In this document: positions 48,420-63,880 of the stretch, one piece after another
How the letters are laid out: every line of letters starts with the position of its first letter
How positions within the stretch are numbered: the stretch's first letter is position 1
NCBI GenBank assembly: GCA_964035545.1
Contig: CAXIUT010000230.1
Coordinates: 868,001 to 932,000, forward strand
Length of the DNA stretch: 64,000 nt
Direction: 5' to 3'
Source: Bugula neritina
Taxonomy: Eukaryota > Animalia > Bryozoa
Notes under the pieces: model-generated
Databases searched by the model: none
The model's input: the letters and a program-made list of their open reading frames with translations, nothing else
Told to the model about the DNA's origin: nothing
Translations under genes and position numbers: made by a program

Positions 48420-51400
48420 TATGAATTACACTGCATCATACTGCAACATACTGAAAAACACTGGAACATATTAATATACTTTGCAACTCTTTGAAATATA
48501 CTGCAACACACTGCAACATACGGCAGCATACCGAAATATGCTGTGACACCTTGAAAAATACTGCAACATACTGAGATATACTGCAAGTGGTGCAACATAC
48601 TGAAATACACTGTGACATACTGAAATACACTGCAACATACTGCAAGATACTGCAACGTACGGAAATACAGTGTAACTTATTGAATTACACTGCATCATAC
48701 TGCAACATACTGAGATACACTGGAACATATTGATATACACTGCAACACATTGAAATATACTGCAACACACTGAACCATATGGCAACATACCGAAATTTAC
48801 TGCGACACACTGAAAAATACTGCAACATATTGAAATATACTGTAACATACTGCAACATACTAAATTACACTGCAACACAATAAAATATACTGCAACATAC
48901 TGAAACATCCTGCAACATACTGAAATATTGTGCGACGCAATAAAATATACTGCAACATATTGAAATATACTGTAGCATACTGCAACATACTAAAATACAC
49001 TGCAACACATTAAAACATACTGCAACATACTGAAACATACTGCAACATACTGAAATACACTGTGACACACTGAAATACACTACAACATACTGCAACATAC
49101 TTAAATACACTGGAACATATTGAAATACACTGCGACACATTGAAACATACTGCAACATACTGAAATATACTGCAAAATACTGCAACATACTGAAACAGAC
49201 TGTGACATACTGAAATACACTGCAACATACTGCAAGATACCGCAACCTACTGAAATACACTGTAACATATTGAAATACACTGCATCATACTGCAACATAC
49301 TGAATTACACTGGAACATATTGATATACACTGCAACACATTGAAATATACTGCAACACACTGAAACATACGGCAATATACCAAAATATACTGCGACACCT
49401 TGAAAAATATTGCAACATACGAAATATACTGCAAGTGGTGCAACATACTGAAATACACTGTGACATACTGAAATACACTGCAACATACTGCAAGATACTG
49501 CAACGTACGGAAATACAGTGTAACTTATTGAATTACACTGCATCATACTGCAACATACTGAGATACACTGGAACATATTGATATACACTGCAACACATTG
49601 AAATATACTGCATCACACTGAATTATATGGCAACATACCGAAATTTACTGCGACACACTGAAAAATACTGCAACATACGAATTATACTTCAAGTGGTGCA
49701 ACATACTGAAATACAATGTGACACACTGAAAGACACTGCAACATACTGCAACATACTGCAACATACTGAAATATTGTGCGACACATTGAAATATACTGCA
49801 ACATATTGAAATATACTGTAACATACTGCAACATACTAAAATACACTGCAACATACTGAAATACATTGCAACACATTAAAATATACTGCGACATACTGAA
49901 ACATACTGCAATATGCTGAAATATACTGCAACATACTGAAATACACTATAACGTATTGAAATATACTGCAACATACTGAATTACACTCTAACATACTGAA
50001 ATATGCTGTAGCATACTGAAATACACTGCAACACACTGAAGTATACTGTAATACACTGAAATGTAATGCAACATACTGAATTATACTGCAACATAGTGCA
50101 ACATACTGAAATACACTGTGACACACTGAAATACACTGCAACATACTGCAACACACTAAAAAATTGTGCGACACATTGAAATAGACTGCAACATATTGAA
50201 ATATACTGTAACATACTGCAACATACTAAAATACACTGCAACATACTGAAATACATTGCAACACATTAAAATATACTGCGACATACTGAAACATACTGCA
50301 ACATGCTGAAATATACTCTAACATACTGAAATACACTATAACATATTGAAACATACTGCAACATACTGAATTACAGTATAACATACTGAAATATGCTGTA
50401 GCATACTGAAATACACTGCAACACACTGAAGTATACTGTAATACACTGAAATGTAATGCAACATACTGAATTATACTGCAACATAGTGCAACATACTGAA
50501 ATACACTGTGACACACTGAAATACACTGAAACATAATGCAACATACTGCAACATACTGAAATACACTGTAACATACTGCAACATACTGCAACATACTGAA
50601 ATACACCGTAACATATCGAAATACACTGCAACATACTGAAATGCACCGGAACATAATGGAATACCCTGCAACACATTGAAATATACTGCAACAGACTGAA
50701 ACATACTGCAACATACTGAAATGTAATGTAATATACAGAAATGTACTGTAACATACTGAAATATACTGTAACAGACTGAAATATACTCTAACATACCGAA
50801 ATACACTGTAACATACTGAAATATACTGCAACATACTGCAACATACTGAATTACACCTGAACATAACGAAATACACTGCAACACATTGAAATATACTGCA
50901 ACATATCGAAATGAATGGTAAACTAGTGTAATATACTGTAACATAATGAAACATACCGGAACATGCTGCAAAGTATTAAAGTATAGTGTAACACACTGAA
51001 ATATACGGCAACATACCGAAATATACTGCAACACGTTGAAAAATATTGCAATACTGAAATATACTGCAACATACTGCGACATACTGAAATACACTGCAAC
51101 ACATTAAAATATACTGCGACATACTGAAACATACTGCAACATACTGAAATAATGTGCGACACAATAAAATATACTGCAACATGTTGTAATATACTGTAAC
51201 ATACTGCAACATACTAAAATACACTGCAACACATTAAAATATACTGCAACATACTGAAACATACTGCAACATACTGAAACACACTGTGACACACTGAAAT
51301 ACACTACAACATACTGCAACATACTGAAATACACTGGAACATATTGAAATACACTGCGACACATTGAAACATACTGCAACATACTGAAATATACTGCAAG

Positions 51401-54400
51401 ATACCGCAACATACTGAAACAGACTGTGACATACTGAAATACACTGCAACATACTGCAAGATACCGCAACCTACTGAAATACACTGTAACATATTGAAAT
51501 ACACTGCATCATACTGCAACATACTGAATTACACTGGAACATATTGATATACACTGCAACACATTGAAATATACTGCAACACACTGAAACATACGGCAAT
51601 ATACCAAAATATACTGCGACACCTTGAAAAATACTGCAACATACGAAATATACTGCAAGTGGTGCAACATACTGAAATACAATGTGACAGACTGAAATAC
51701 ACTGCAACATACTGCAACATACTGCAACATACTGAAACACACTGTAACATATTGAATTACACTGCATCATACTGCAACATACTGAAAAACACTGGAACAT
51801 ATTGATATACACAGCAACTCATTGAAATATACTGCAACACACTGAACCATATGGCAACATACCGAAATTTACTGCGACACACTGAAAAATACTGCAACAT
51901 ACGAATTATACTTCAAGTGGTGCGACATACTGAAATATAATGTGACCCACTGAAATACACTGCAACATACTGCAAGATACTGCAACATACTGAAATATTG
52001 TGCGACACATTGAAATATACTGCAACATATTGAAATATACTGTAACATACTGCAACATACTGAAATACACTGTAACATATTGAATTACACTGCATCATAC
52101 TGCAACATACTGAAAAACACTGGAACATATTAATATACACTGCAACTCTTTGAGATATACTGCAACACACTGCAACATACGGCAGCATACCGAAATATGC
52201 TGCGACACCTTGAAAAATACTGCAACATACTGAGATATACTGCAAGTGGTGCAACATACTGAAATACACTGTGACATACTGAAATACACTGCAACATACT
52301 GCAAGATACCGCAACGTACGGAAATACAGTGTAACTTATTGAATTACACTGCATCATACTGCAACATACTGAGATACACTGGAACATATTGATATACACT
52401 GCAACACATTGAAATATACTGCAACACACTGAACCATATGGCAACATACCGAAATTTACTGCGACACACTGAAAAATACTGCAACATATTGAAATATACT
52501 GTAACATACTGCAACATACTAAATTACACTGCAACACATTAAAATATACTGCAACATACTGAAACATACTGCAACATACTGAAATATTGTGCGACGCAAT
52601 AAAATATACTGACATATTGAAATATACTGTAGCATACTGCAACATACTAAAATACACTGCAACACATTAAAACATACTGCAACATACTGAAACATACTGC
52701 AACATACTGAAATACACTGTGACACACTGAAATACACTACAACATACTGCAACATACTGCAATACATTGCAACACATTAAAATATACTGCGACATACTGA
52801 AACATACTGCAACATGCTGAAATATACTGCAACATACTGAAATACACTATAACGTATTGAAATATACTGCAACATACTGAATTACACTCTAACATACTGA
52901 AATATGCTGTAGCATACTGAAATACACTGCAACACACTGAAGTATACTGTAATACACTGAAATGTAATGCAACATACTGAATTATACTGCAACATAGTGC
53001 AACATACTGAAATACACTGTGACACACTGAAATACACTGAAACATAATGCAACATACTGCAACATACTGAAATACACTGTAACATATCGAAATCCACTGC
53101 AACATACTGCAACATACTGCAACATACTGAAATACACCGTAACATATCGAAATACACTGCAACATACTGCAACATACTGAAATGCACCGGAACATAATGG
53201 AATACCCTACAACACATTGAAATATACTGCAACAGACTGAAACATAAGGTAACACAATGAAGTATACTGCGACACATTAAAATATACTGCAACATACTGA
53301 AATATACTGCAACATACTGAAATGTAATGTAATATACAGAAATGTACTGTAACATACTGAAATATACGGTAACAGACTGAAATATACTCTAACATACCGA
53401 AATACACTGTAACATACTGAAATATACTGCAACATACTGCAACATACTGAATTACACTTGAACGTAATGAAATACACTGCAACACATTGAAATATACTGC
53501 AACATATCGAAATGAATGGTAAACTAGTGTAATATACTGTAACATAATGAAACATACCGGAACATACTGCAACGTAATAAAGTATAGTGTAAAACACTGA
53601 AATATGCGGCAACATACCGAAATATACTGCAACACGTTGAAAAATATTGCAACATACTGAAATATACTGCAACACACTGCAACATACTGAAATACACCGG
53701 AACATATTGAACTACACTGCAACACTCTGAAATATACTGCAACACACTGAAACCTACGGCAACATACCGAAGTAAACTGCGACACGTTGAAAATTACTGC
53801 AACATACTGAAATATACTGCGACGCCTTAAAATATACTGCAACATACTGGAATAGACTGCAAGTGGTGCAACATACTGAAATACACTGTAACACACTGAA
53901 ATACACTGCAACATACTGCAACATACTGCAACATACTGAAATATTGTGCGACACATTAAAACATACTGCAACATATTGAAATATACTGTAACATACTGCA
54001 ACATACTAAAATACACTGCAACACATTAAAATCTACTGCAACATACTGAAACATACTGCAACATACTGAAATACACTGTGACACACTGAAATACACTGCA
54101 ACATACAGCAACATACTGCAACATACTGAATTACACTGGAACATATTGATATACACTGCAACACATTGAAATATACTGCAACACACTGAACCATATGGCA
54201 ACATACCGAAATTTACTGCGACACACTGAAAAATACTGCAACATACGAATTATACTTCAAGTGGTGCAACATACTGAAATACAATGTGACACACTGAAAT
54301 ACACTGCAACATACTGCAACATACTGCAACATACTGAAATATTGTGCGACACATTGAAATATACTGCAACATATTGAAATATACTGTAACATACTGCAAC

Positions 54401-57400
54401 ATACTAAAATACACTGCAACATACTGAAATACATTGCAACACATTAAAATATACTGCGACATACTGAAACATACCGCAACATGCTGAAATATACTGCAAC
54501 ATACTGAAATACACTACAACATATTGAAATATACTGCAACGTACTGAATTACACTCTAACATACTGAAATATGCTGTAGCATACTGAAATACACTGCAAC
54601 ACACTGAAGTATACTGTAATACACTGAAATGTAATGCAACATACTGAATTATACTGCAACATAGTGCAACATACTGAAATACACTACAACGTACTGCAAC
54701 ATACTGAAATACACTGGAACATATTGAAAAACACTGCGAAACATTGAAACATACTGCAACATACTGAAATATACTGCAAGAAACTGCAACATACTGAAAC
54801 AGACTGTGACATACTGAAATACACTGCAACGTACTGCAAGATACCGCAACCCACTGAAATACACTGTAATGTACTGAAATACACTGCATCATACTGCAAC
54901 ATACTGAATTACACTGGAACATATTGATATACACTGCAACACATTGAAATATAATGCAACACACTGACACATACGGCAATATACCGAAATATACTGCGAC
55001 ACCTTGAAAAATACTGCAACATACGAAATATACTGCAAGTGGTGCAACATACTGAAATACAATGTGACACACTGGAATACACTGCAACATACTGCAACAT
55101 ACTGCAACATACTGAAATACACTGTAACATATTGAAATACACTGCATCATACTGCAACATACTGAAAAACACTGGAACATATTGATATACACTGCAACTC
55201 ATTGAAATATACCGCAACACACTGCAACATACGGCAGCATACCGAAATTTACTGCGACACACTGAAAAATACTGCAACATACTGAAATATACTGCAAGTG
55301 GTGCAACATACTGAAATACACTGTGACATACTGAAATACACTGCAACATTCTGCAAGATATTGCAACATACGCAAATACAGCGTAACTTATTGAATTACA
55401 CTGCATCATACTGCAACATACTGAGATACACTGGAACATATTGATATACACTGCAACACATTGAAATATACTGCAACACACTGAACCATATGGCAACATA
55501 CCGAAATTTACTGCGACACACTAAAAAATACTGCAACATACGAATTATACTTCAAGTGGTGCAACATACTGAAATACAATGTGACACACTGAAATACACT
55601 GCAACATACTGCAACATACTGCAACATACTGAAATATTGTGCGACACATTGAAATATACTGCAACATATTGAAATATACTGTAACATACTGCAACATACT
55701 AAAATAGACTGCAACATACTGAAATACATTGCAACACATCAAAATATACTGCGACATACTGAAACATACTGCAACATGCTGAAATATACTGCAACATACT
55801 GAAATACACTATAACATATTGAAATATACTGCAACATACTGAATTACACTCTAACATACTGAAATATGCTGTAGCATACTGAAATACACTGCAACACACT
55901 GAAGTATACTGTAATACACTGAAATGTGATGCAACATACAGAACTATACTGCAACATAGTGCAACATACTGAAATACACTACAACAAACTGCAACATACT
56001 GAAATACACTGGAACATATTGAAATAGGCTGCGACACATTGAAACATACTGCAACATACTGAAATACACTGTGACACATTGAAATACACTGCAACATACT
56101 GCAACATACTGCAACATACTGAAATACATTGCAACACATTAAAATATACTGCAACATACTGAAACATACTGCAACATACTGAAATATACTGCAACACACT
56201 GAAACATACGGCAACATACCGAAATAAACTGCGACACGTTGAAAATTACTGCAACATACTGAAATATACTGCGACGCCTTAAAATATACTGCAACATACT
56301 GAAATAGACTGCAAGTGGTGCAACATACTGAAATACACTGTGACACACTGAAATACACTGCAACATACTGCAACATACTGCAACATACTGAAATATTGTG
56401 CAACACATTAAAATATACTGCAACATACTGAAACGTACTGCAACATACTGAAATACACTGTGACACACTGAAATACACTGCAACATACTGCAACATACTG
56501 CAACATACTGAATTACACTGCAACATATTGATATACACTGCAACACATTGAAATATACTGCAACACACTGAACAATATGGCAACATACCAAAATTTACTG
56601 CGACACACTGAAAAATACTGCAACATACGAATTATACTTCAAGTGGTGCAACATACTGAAATACAATGTGACACACTGAAATACACTGCAACATACTGCA
56701 ACATACTGCAACACACTGAAATACACCATAACATATCGAAATACACTGCAACATACTGCAACATACTGAAATACACTGTAACATATTGAAATACACTGCA
56801 TCATACTGCAACATACTGACATACACTGGAACATAATGATATACACTGCAACTCTTTGAAATATACTGCAACACACTGCAACATACGGCAGCATACCGAA
56901 ATATGCTGCGACACCTTGAAAAATACTGCAACATACTGAGATATACTGCAAGTGGTGCAACATACTGAAATACACTGTGACATACTGAAATACACTGCAA
57001 CATACTGCAAGATACTGCAACGTACGGAAATACAGTGTAACTTATTGAATTACACTGCATCATACTGCAACATACTGAGATACACTGGAACATATTGATA
57101 TACACTGCAACACATTGAAATATACTGCAACACACTGAACCATATGGCAACATACCGAAATTTACTGCGACACACTGAAAAATACTGCAACATATTGAAA
57201 TATACTGTAACATACTGCAACATACTAAATTACACTGCAACACATTAAAATATACTGCAACATACTGAAACATACTGCAACATACTGAAATATTGTGCGA
57301 CGCAATAAAATATACTGCAACATATTGAAATATACTGTAGCATACTGCAACATACTAAAATACACTGCAACACATTAAAACATACTGCAACATACTGAAA

Positions 57401-58400
57401 CATACTGCAACATACTGAAATACACTGTGACACACTGAAATACACTACAACATACTGCAACATACTTAAATACACTGGAACATATTGAAATACACTGCGA
57501 CACATTGAAACATACTGCAACATACTGAAATATACTGCAAAATACTGCAACATACTGAAACAGACTGTGACATACTGAAATACACTGCAACATACTGCAA
57601 GATACCGCAACCTACTGAAATACACTGTAACATATTGAAATACACTGCATCATACTGCAACATACTGAATTACACTGGAACATATTGATATACACTGCAA
57701 CACATTGAAATATACTGCAACACACTGAAACATACGGCAATATACCAAAATATACTGCGACACCTTGAAAAATACTGCAACATACGAAATATACTGCAAG
57801 TGGTGCAACATACTGAAATACACTGTGACATACTGAAATACACTGCAACATACTGCAAGATACTGCAACGTACGGAAATACAGTGTGACTTATTGAATTA
57901 CACTGCATCATACTGCAACATACTGAGATACACTGGAACATATTGATATACACTGCAACACATTGAAATATACTGCATCACACTGAATTATATGGCAACA
58001 TACCGAAATTTACTGCGACACACTGAAAAATACTGCAACCTACGAATTATACTTCAAGTGGTGCAACATACTGAAATACAATGTGACACACTGAAATAAA
58101 CTGCAACATACTGCAACATACTGCAACATACTGAAATATTGTGCGACACATTGAAATATACTGCAACATATTGAAATATACTGTAACATACTGCAACATA
58201 CTAAAATACACTGCAACATACTGAAATACATTGCAACACATTAAAATATACTGCGACATACTGAAACATACTGCAACATGCTGAAATATACTGCAACATA
58301 CTGAAATACACTATAACGTATTGAAATATACTGCAACATACTGAATTACACTCTAACATACTGAAATATGCTGTAGCATACTGAAATACACTGCAACATG
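48420..58400 (+). repeat. Dispersed duplication with 8365-bp offset (~48.4-50.0 kb vs ~56.8-58.4 kb)
   Basis: ORF pairs 48436/56801, 49010/57375, 49247/57612 and 49682/58047; shared rare variants catacttaaatacactgg and gcatcacactgaattatatgg. Confidence 0.82.
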
Positions 58401-59399
58401 CTGCAACACACTAAAAAATTGTGCGACACATTGAAATAGACTGCAACATATTGAAATATACTGTAACATACTGCAACATACTAAAATACACTGCAACATA
58501 CTGAAATACATTGCAACACATTAAAATATACTGCGACATACTGAAACATACTGCAACATGCTGAAATATACTGTAACATACTGAAATACACTATAACATA
58601 TTGAAACATACTGCAACATACTGAATTACAGTATAACATACTGAAATATGCTGTAGCATACTGAAATACACTGCAACACACTGAAGTATACTGTAATACA
58701 CTGAAATGTAATGCAACATACTGAATTATACTGCAACATAGTGCAACATACTGAAATACACTGTGACACACTGAAATACACTGAAACATAATGCAACATA
58801 CAGCAACATACTGAAATACACTGTAACATACTGCAACATACTGCAACATACTGAAATACACCGTAACATATCGAAATACACTGCAACATACTGCAACATA
58901 CTGAAATGCACCGGAACATAATGGAATACCCTGCAACACATTGAAATATACTGCAACAGACTGAAACATACTGCAACATACTGAAATGTAATGTAATATA
59001 CAGAAATGTACTGTAACATACTGAAATATACTGTAACAGACTGAAATATACTGCAACATACTGAAATGTAATGTAATATACAGAAATGTACTGTAACATA
59101 CTGAAATATACGGTAACAGACTGAAATATACTCTAACATACCGAAATACACTGTAACATACTGAAATACAATGTGACAGACTGAAATACACTGCAACATA
59201 CTGCAACATACTGCAACATACTGAAACACACTGTATTATATTGAATTACACTGCATGATACTGCAACATACTGAAAAACACTGGAACATATTGATATACA
59301 CAGCAACTCATTGAAATATACTGCAACACACTGCAACATACAGCAGCATACCGAAAAATACTGCGACACCTTGAAAAATACTGCAACATACTGAAATAT

Positions 59400-62300
59400 A
59401 CTGTGACACACTGAAATACACTGCAACATACTGCAAGATACTGCAACGTACGGAATACAGTGTAACTTATTGAATTACACTGCATCATACTGCAACATAC
59501 TGAGATACACTGGAACATATTGATAAACACTGCAACACATTGAAATATACTGCAACACACTGAACCATATGGCAACATACCGAAATTTGCTGCGACACAC
59601 TGAAAAATACTGCAACATACGAATTATACTTCAAGTGGTGCAACATTCTGAAATACAATGTGACACACTGAAATACACTGCAACATACTGCAACATACTG
59701 CAACATACTGAAATATTGTGCGACACATTGAAATATACTGCAACATATTGAAATATACCGTAACATACTGCAACATACTAAAATACACTGCAACATACTG
59801 AAATACATTGCAATACATTAAAATATACTGCGACATACTGAAACATACTGCAACATGCTGAAATATACTGCAACATACTGAAATACACTATAACATATTG
59901 AAATATACTGCAACATACTGAATTACACTCTAACATACTGAAATATGCTGTAGCATACTGAAATACACTGCAACACACTGAAGTATACTGTAATACACTG
60001 AAATGTAATGCAACATACTGAATTATACTGCAACATAGTGCAACATACTGAAATACACTGTGACACACTGAAATACACTGAAACATAATGCAACATACTG
60101 CAACATACTGAAATACACTGTAACATATCGAAATACACTGCAACATACTACAACATACTGCAACACACTGAAATACACCGTAACATATCGAAATACACTG
60201 CAACATACTGCAACATACTGAAATACACTGTAACATATTGAATTACACTGCATCATACTGCAACATACTGAAAAACACTGGAACATATTAATATACACTG
60301 CAACTCTTTGAAATATACTGCAACACACTGCAACATACGGCAGCATACCGAAATATACTGCGACACCTTGAAAAATACTGCAACATACTGAGATATACTG
60401 CAAGTGGTGCAACATACTGAAATACACTGTGACATACTGAAATACACTGCAACATACTGCAAGATACTGCAACGTACGGAAATACAGTGTAACTTTTTGA
60501 ATTACACTGCATCATACTGCAACATACTGAGATACACTGGAACATATTGATATACACTGCAACACATTGAAATATACTGCAACACACTGAACCATATGGC
60601 AACATACCGAAATTTACTGCGACACACTGAAAAATACTGCAACATATTGAAATATACTGCATCATACTGCAACATACTGAGATACACTGGAACATAATGA
60701 TATACACTGCAACACATTGAAATATACTGCATCACACTGAATTATATGGCAACATACCAAAATTTACTGCGACACACTGAAAAATACTGCAACATACGAA
60801 TTATACTTCAAGTGGTGCAACATACTGAAATACAATGTGACATACTGAAATACACTGCAACATACTGCAACACACTAAAAAATTGTGCGACACATTGAAA
60901 TAGACTGCAACATATTGAAATATACTGTAACATACTGCAACATACTAAAATACACTGCAACATACTGAAATACATTGCAACACATTAAAATATACTGCGA
61001 CATACTGAAACATACTGCAACATGCTGAAATATACTGTAACATACTGAAATACACTATAACATATTGAAATATACTGCAACATACTGAATTACAGTATAA
61101 CATACTGAAATATGCTGTAGCATACTGAAATACACTGCAACACACTGAAGTATACTGTAATACACTGAAATGTAATGCAACATACTGAATTATACTGCAA
61201 CATAGTGCAACATACTGAAATACACTGTGACACACTGAAATACACTGAAACATAATGCAACATACTGCAACATACTGAAATACACTGTAACATACTGCAA
61301 CATACTGCAACATACTGAAATACACCGTAATATATCGAAATACACTGCAACATACTGCAACATACTGAAATGCACCGGAACATAATGGAATACCCTGCAA
61401 CACATTGAAATATACTGCAACAGACTGAAACATACTGCAACATACTGAAATGTAATGTAATATACAGAAATGTACTGTAACATACTGAAATATACTGTAA
61501 CAGACTGAAATATACTCTAACATACCGAAATACACTGTAACATACTGAAATATACTGCAACATACTGCAACATACTGAATTACACCTGAACATAATGAAA
61601 TACACTGCAACACATCGAAATATACTGCAACATATCGAAATGAATGGTAAACTAGTGTAATATACTGTAACATAATGAAACATACCGAAACATACTGCAA
61701 AGTATTAAAGTATAGTGTAACACACTGAAATATACGGCAACATACCGAAATATACTGCAACACGTTGAAAAATATTGCAACATACTGAAATATACTGCAA
61801 CATACTGCAACATACTGAAATACACTGCAACACATTAAAATATACTGCAACATACTGAAACATACTGCAACATACTGAAATATTGTGCGACACAATAAAA
61901 TATACTGCAACATATTGTAATATACTGTAACATACTGCAACATACTAAAATACACTGCAACACATTAAAATATACTGCAACATACTGAAACATACTGCAA
62001 CATACTGAAACACACTGTGACACACTGAAATACACTACAACATACTGCAACATACTGAAATACACTGGAACATATTGAAATACACTGCGACACATTGAAA
62101 CATACTGCAACATACTGAAATATACTGCAAGATACCGCAACATACTGAAACAGACTGTGACATACTGAAATACACTGCAACATACTGCAAGATACCGCAA
62201 CCTACTGAAATACACTGTAACATATTGAAATACACTGCATCATACTGCAACATACTGAATTACACTGGAACATATTGATATACACTGCAACACATTGAAA

Positions 62301-63880
62301 TATACTACAACACACTGAAACATACGGCAATATACCAAAATATACTGCGATACCTTGAAAAATACTGCAACATACTGAAATATACTGCAAGTGGTGCAAC
62401 ATACTGAAATACACTGTGACATACTGAAATACACTGCAACATACTGCAAGATACTGCAACATACTGAAATATTGTGCGACACATTGAAATATACTGCAAC
62501 ATATTGAAATATACTGTAACATACTGCAACATACGGCAGCATACCGAAATATACTGCGACACCTTGAAAAATACTGCAACATACTGAAATATACTGCAAG
62601 TGGTGCAACATACTGAAATACACTGTGACATACTGAAATACACTGCAACATACTGCAAGATACTGCAACGTACGGAAATACAGTGTAACTTATTGAATTA
62701 CACTGCATCATACTGCAACATACTGAGATACACTGGAACATATTGATAAACACTGCAACACATTGAAATATACTGCAACACACTGAACCATATGGCAACA
62801 TACCGAAATTTGCTGCGACACACTGAAAAATACTGCAACATACGAATTATACTTCAAGTGGTGCAACATTCTGAAATACAATGTGACACACTGAAATACA
62901 CTGCAACATACTGCAACATACTGCAACATACTGAAATATTGTGCGACACATTGAAATATACTGCAACATATTGAAATATACTGTAACATACTGCAACATA
63001 CTAAAATACACTGCAACATACTGAAATACATTGCAATACATTAAAATATACTGCGACATACTGAAACATACTGCAACATGCTGAAATATACTGCAACATA
63101 CTGAAATACACTATAACATATTGAAATATACTGCAACATACTGAATTACACTCTAACATACTGAAATATGCTGTAGCATACTGAAATACACTGCAACACA
63201 CTGAAGTATACTGTAATACACTGAAATGTAATGCAACATACTGAATTATACTGCAACATAGTGCAACATACTGAAATACACTGTGACACACTGAAATACA
63301 CTGAAACATAATGCAACATACTGCAACATACTGAAATACACTGTAACATATCGAAATACACTGCAACATACTACAACATACTGCAACACACTGAAATACA
63401 CCGTAACATATCGAAATACACTGCAACATACTGCAACATACTGAAATACACTGTAACATATTGAATTACACTGCATCATACTGCAACATACTGAAAAACA
63501 CTGGAACATATTAATATACACTGCAACTCTTTAAAATATACTGCAACACACTGCAACATACGGCAGCATACCGAAATATACTGCGACACCTTGAAAAATA
63601 CTGCAACATACTGAGATATACTGCAAGTGGTGCAACATACTGAAATACACTGTGACATACTGAAATACACTGCAACATACTGCAAGATACTGCAACGTAC
63701 GGAAATACAGTGTAACTTATTGAATTACACTGCATCATACTGCAACATACTGAGATACACTGGAACATATTGATATACACTGCAACACATTGAAATATAC
63801 TGCAACACACTGAACCATATGGCAACATACCGAAATTTACTGCGACACACTGAAAAATACTGCAACATATTGAAATATAC
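59400..63880 (+). repeat. Higher-order repeat pair with 3223-bp offset (~59.4-60.66 kb vs ~62.63-63.88 kb)
   Basis: ORF pairs 59569/62792, 59778/63001 and 60253/63476; the variant gaaatttgctgcgac is seen only at ~59582 and ~62805. Confidence 0.85.

Noticed and set aside
1735-62974. Recurrent + strand 60-aa ORF MATYRNLLRHTEKYCNIRIILQVVQH...
   Set aside because: It is the translation of the CCATATGG/CAAGTGGT satellite module. It has no recognisable domain, many substitutions between copies are nonsynonymous, and many module copies lack the ORF.
361-63632. CRISPR-like array using CAAGTGGTGCAAC or other motifs as direct repeats
   Set aside because: Intervening sequence is repetitive, 200-1500 bp long and not unique spacers; no cas genes or leader.
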